Assembly (NCBI RefSeq): GCF_964204865.1
Contig: NC_135260.1
Location: forward strand, 11,656,001 to 11,720,000
DNA from: Styela clava
Lineage: Eukaryota
Direction of reading: 5' to 3'
DNA: 64,000 bases
Shown one piece after another: positions 62,326 through 64,000 of this stretch. The stretch's first letter is position 1, and each line of letters starts with the position of its first letter. Made by a program: the position numbers and the translations under genes. The notes beneath the pieces are model-generated. The model was not told where the DNA came from, did no database searches, and was given only the letters and a program-made list of their open reading frames with translations.

Positions 62326-63333
62326 ACTCAGACGCACGATTTAACCACGGGCCGTACTTAAAGTCACGCATATGATCTGTTGAATCATGACTGTGTCATC
62401 AAAATTCATTTGATCTGAAAGCTAATCAGCTTATTAAGCAGCTAGTTAGTTCCTGCAATATTCATAACGTTTGATTATATTAATCGAGTTATTATTCATA
62501 AACCTATTGGACAGCAAACCGTACGAGAAACGGGTGCTGAATTACTTCATGGTAGTCAGCTCTATTTTCCCAGAAGAGAATGCGCTGCTAAGAAAAACTA
62601 AACCAGATAGAGATTGGCGTTATGACTCGAGCGTTTGAGAACGTAAGGAAGCGTCATGTTAAAAGGAAACGGTATGTTTTGCGCTCATTTCATAATTTCC
62701 TGCCAATGTTGACTTGTGTCGGTATCGTCTTTCAAGAATAGCCTATGCTACATATTAGCGGGTACATATATTTAGTAGCGGTATGTTTAAATGCGATAGG
62801 TGTACAAAAGGACTATGCTGTAGGCGCGTAACACCAGAAAGTGATATTCTAAGCTTCGGTAACACAGGGTATAGTTGCGAATACACGCATAACGTTTGGT
62901 CAGGTCTTCTGAAGTCTGTGTACAAAATTGCTAAACATGCAGTACATTTTGGAATCGATATGTTACTCAGAAGAAATAACAGGTTTCTTCAGATAGTTTG
63001 TAGGTCGGTACACTTTTAACATGGTCGGGTGAATGTTGTACGGTAACTTTATGTTCGGCCGAGTATATACTAGTCATTGACAGCGTCCCGTCAGCATATG
63101 GTGAACATAAATATTGTGACTGGGATCTGAATGGGGCAAAAAAGTTGCCCTAGTCGAGCGATGCCACGTGAATGTGATAACATGTTAAAATGTTAGCAAT
63201 AAGTAATGCCTGATCAATCGTGGTCGTGAGGCTTTTATGATGTATAAGTCGTGCTAATTATTACATATTATATTATAGATTATAACATTCATAGATATTA
63301 TATTGGAACCAAAGCAGCGGTGAACAAAAATTA

Positions 63334-64000
63334 ATGGCTTTGAGAAGTGTGCTCTACCCTCGTCCGTTCAAGTTTGTGATTGTCGGAGCACCTGGATCAG
63401 GAAAAACAACTTTGATACGGAAATTCGTGGCAGGTGAGTTTTTAAAGCCCTGTGAAATTCATGTCGTTATCATACCCAGGCAACTAGTAGTGACATGAAT
63501 ATGGAACGTTAAGTATCAAGTGTAAAGCTAACGAATATTTACGTAATATCCTCTCTTGCAATATTCTACAAACCAGTATCTTTTAAAGTACGATTAAAAA
63601 ATAGTTCTCTTTTTCAAGACGGTTAAATGAAACGAAAGATAAATATGATAATTACACAAGACACATTCTCTTCGCCATTGTTCATGATTACGTATGGATA
63701 CAAGATTTCTACAGATGCAATTTTCACCATTTTATCTTCCATTATATATTCTCATGTATAGCAATAATTATAGTTGTGCTTTCGCTTTTCTATTTCAGGA
63801 TTTTCTGAAGAGAATGATCCAAACGATGGAGAAGAAGAAGAATTGTCAAAAAATGCTCAAACAAATTTATTGTGCAACTTGAATCATCTAACTCTAAAAA
63901 CGACAGTAAAACACGTATGCAAAAACGGATCGTCAGTGGCCATGACAAAAAATGATATCACTCGTCGTCTCTGGGTGAAAAAATATTCCAGACATTTCGT
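63334..64000 (+). CDS. Ras-superfamily-like P-loop GTPase, 5' part. Exon 1 63334-63433; exon 2 from 63799, running off the window
   Basis: MALRSVLYPRPFKFVIVGAPGSGKTTLIRKFVAG (beta1 plus G1 GxxxxGKT), donor G|GTGAGT, acceptor tatttcag. Exon 2 stays open in phase: FSEENDPNDGEEEELSKNAQ... Confidence 0.75.

Overview
AT-rich, intron-containing animal genomic DNA. It is probably an invertebrate chordate such as an ascidian; this is inferred only from the vertebrate-like proteins, compact introns and repeat landscape. Four complete genes were reconstructed by hand from GT-AG junctions: COPS4 (minus, 10 coding exons, 409 aa), a TMEM87A/B-type GOST protein whose CDS has no introns (plus, 609 aa), IFT172 (plus, 9 coding exons, 1755 aa) and the ERAD lectin OS9 (minus, 13 coding exons, 641 aa). 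The first two exons of an atypical Ras-superfamily P-loop GTPase, which the ORF track did not capture, lie at the right edge downstream of a CRE cluster. Introns and intergenic DNA are packed with hAT-type MITEs (several with 8-bp TSDs), palindromic MITEs, a Helentron/DINE-like element and at least seven copies of one tRNA-derived SINE with a (CCTAT)n tail. The most striking structure is at 52770-57895. A single 14-bp TSD encloses both a 5'-truncated I/Nimb-type LINE (CCHC ORF1, APE-RT-RNase H ORF2, TAATG stop-start overlap, (TAA)n tail) and, fused to its 5' end, the intact 3' end of a different retro-RNA that shares the SINE's tail. This is the architecture expected of a template-switch chimeric retrotranscript, and the extra piece may expose the SINE's partner LINE.
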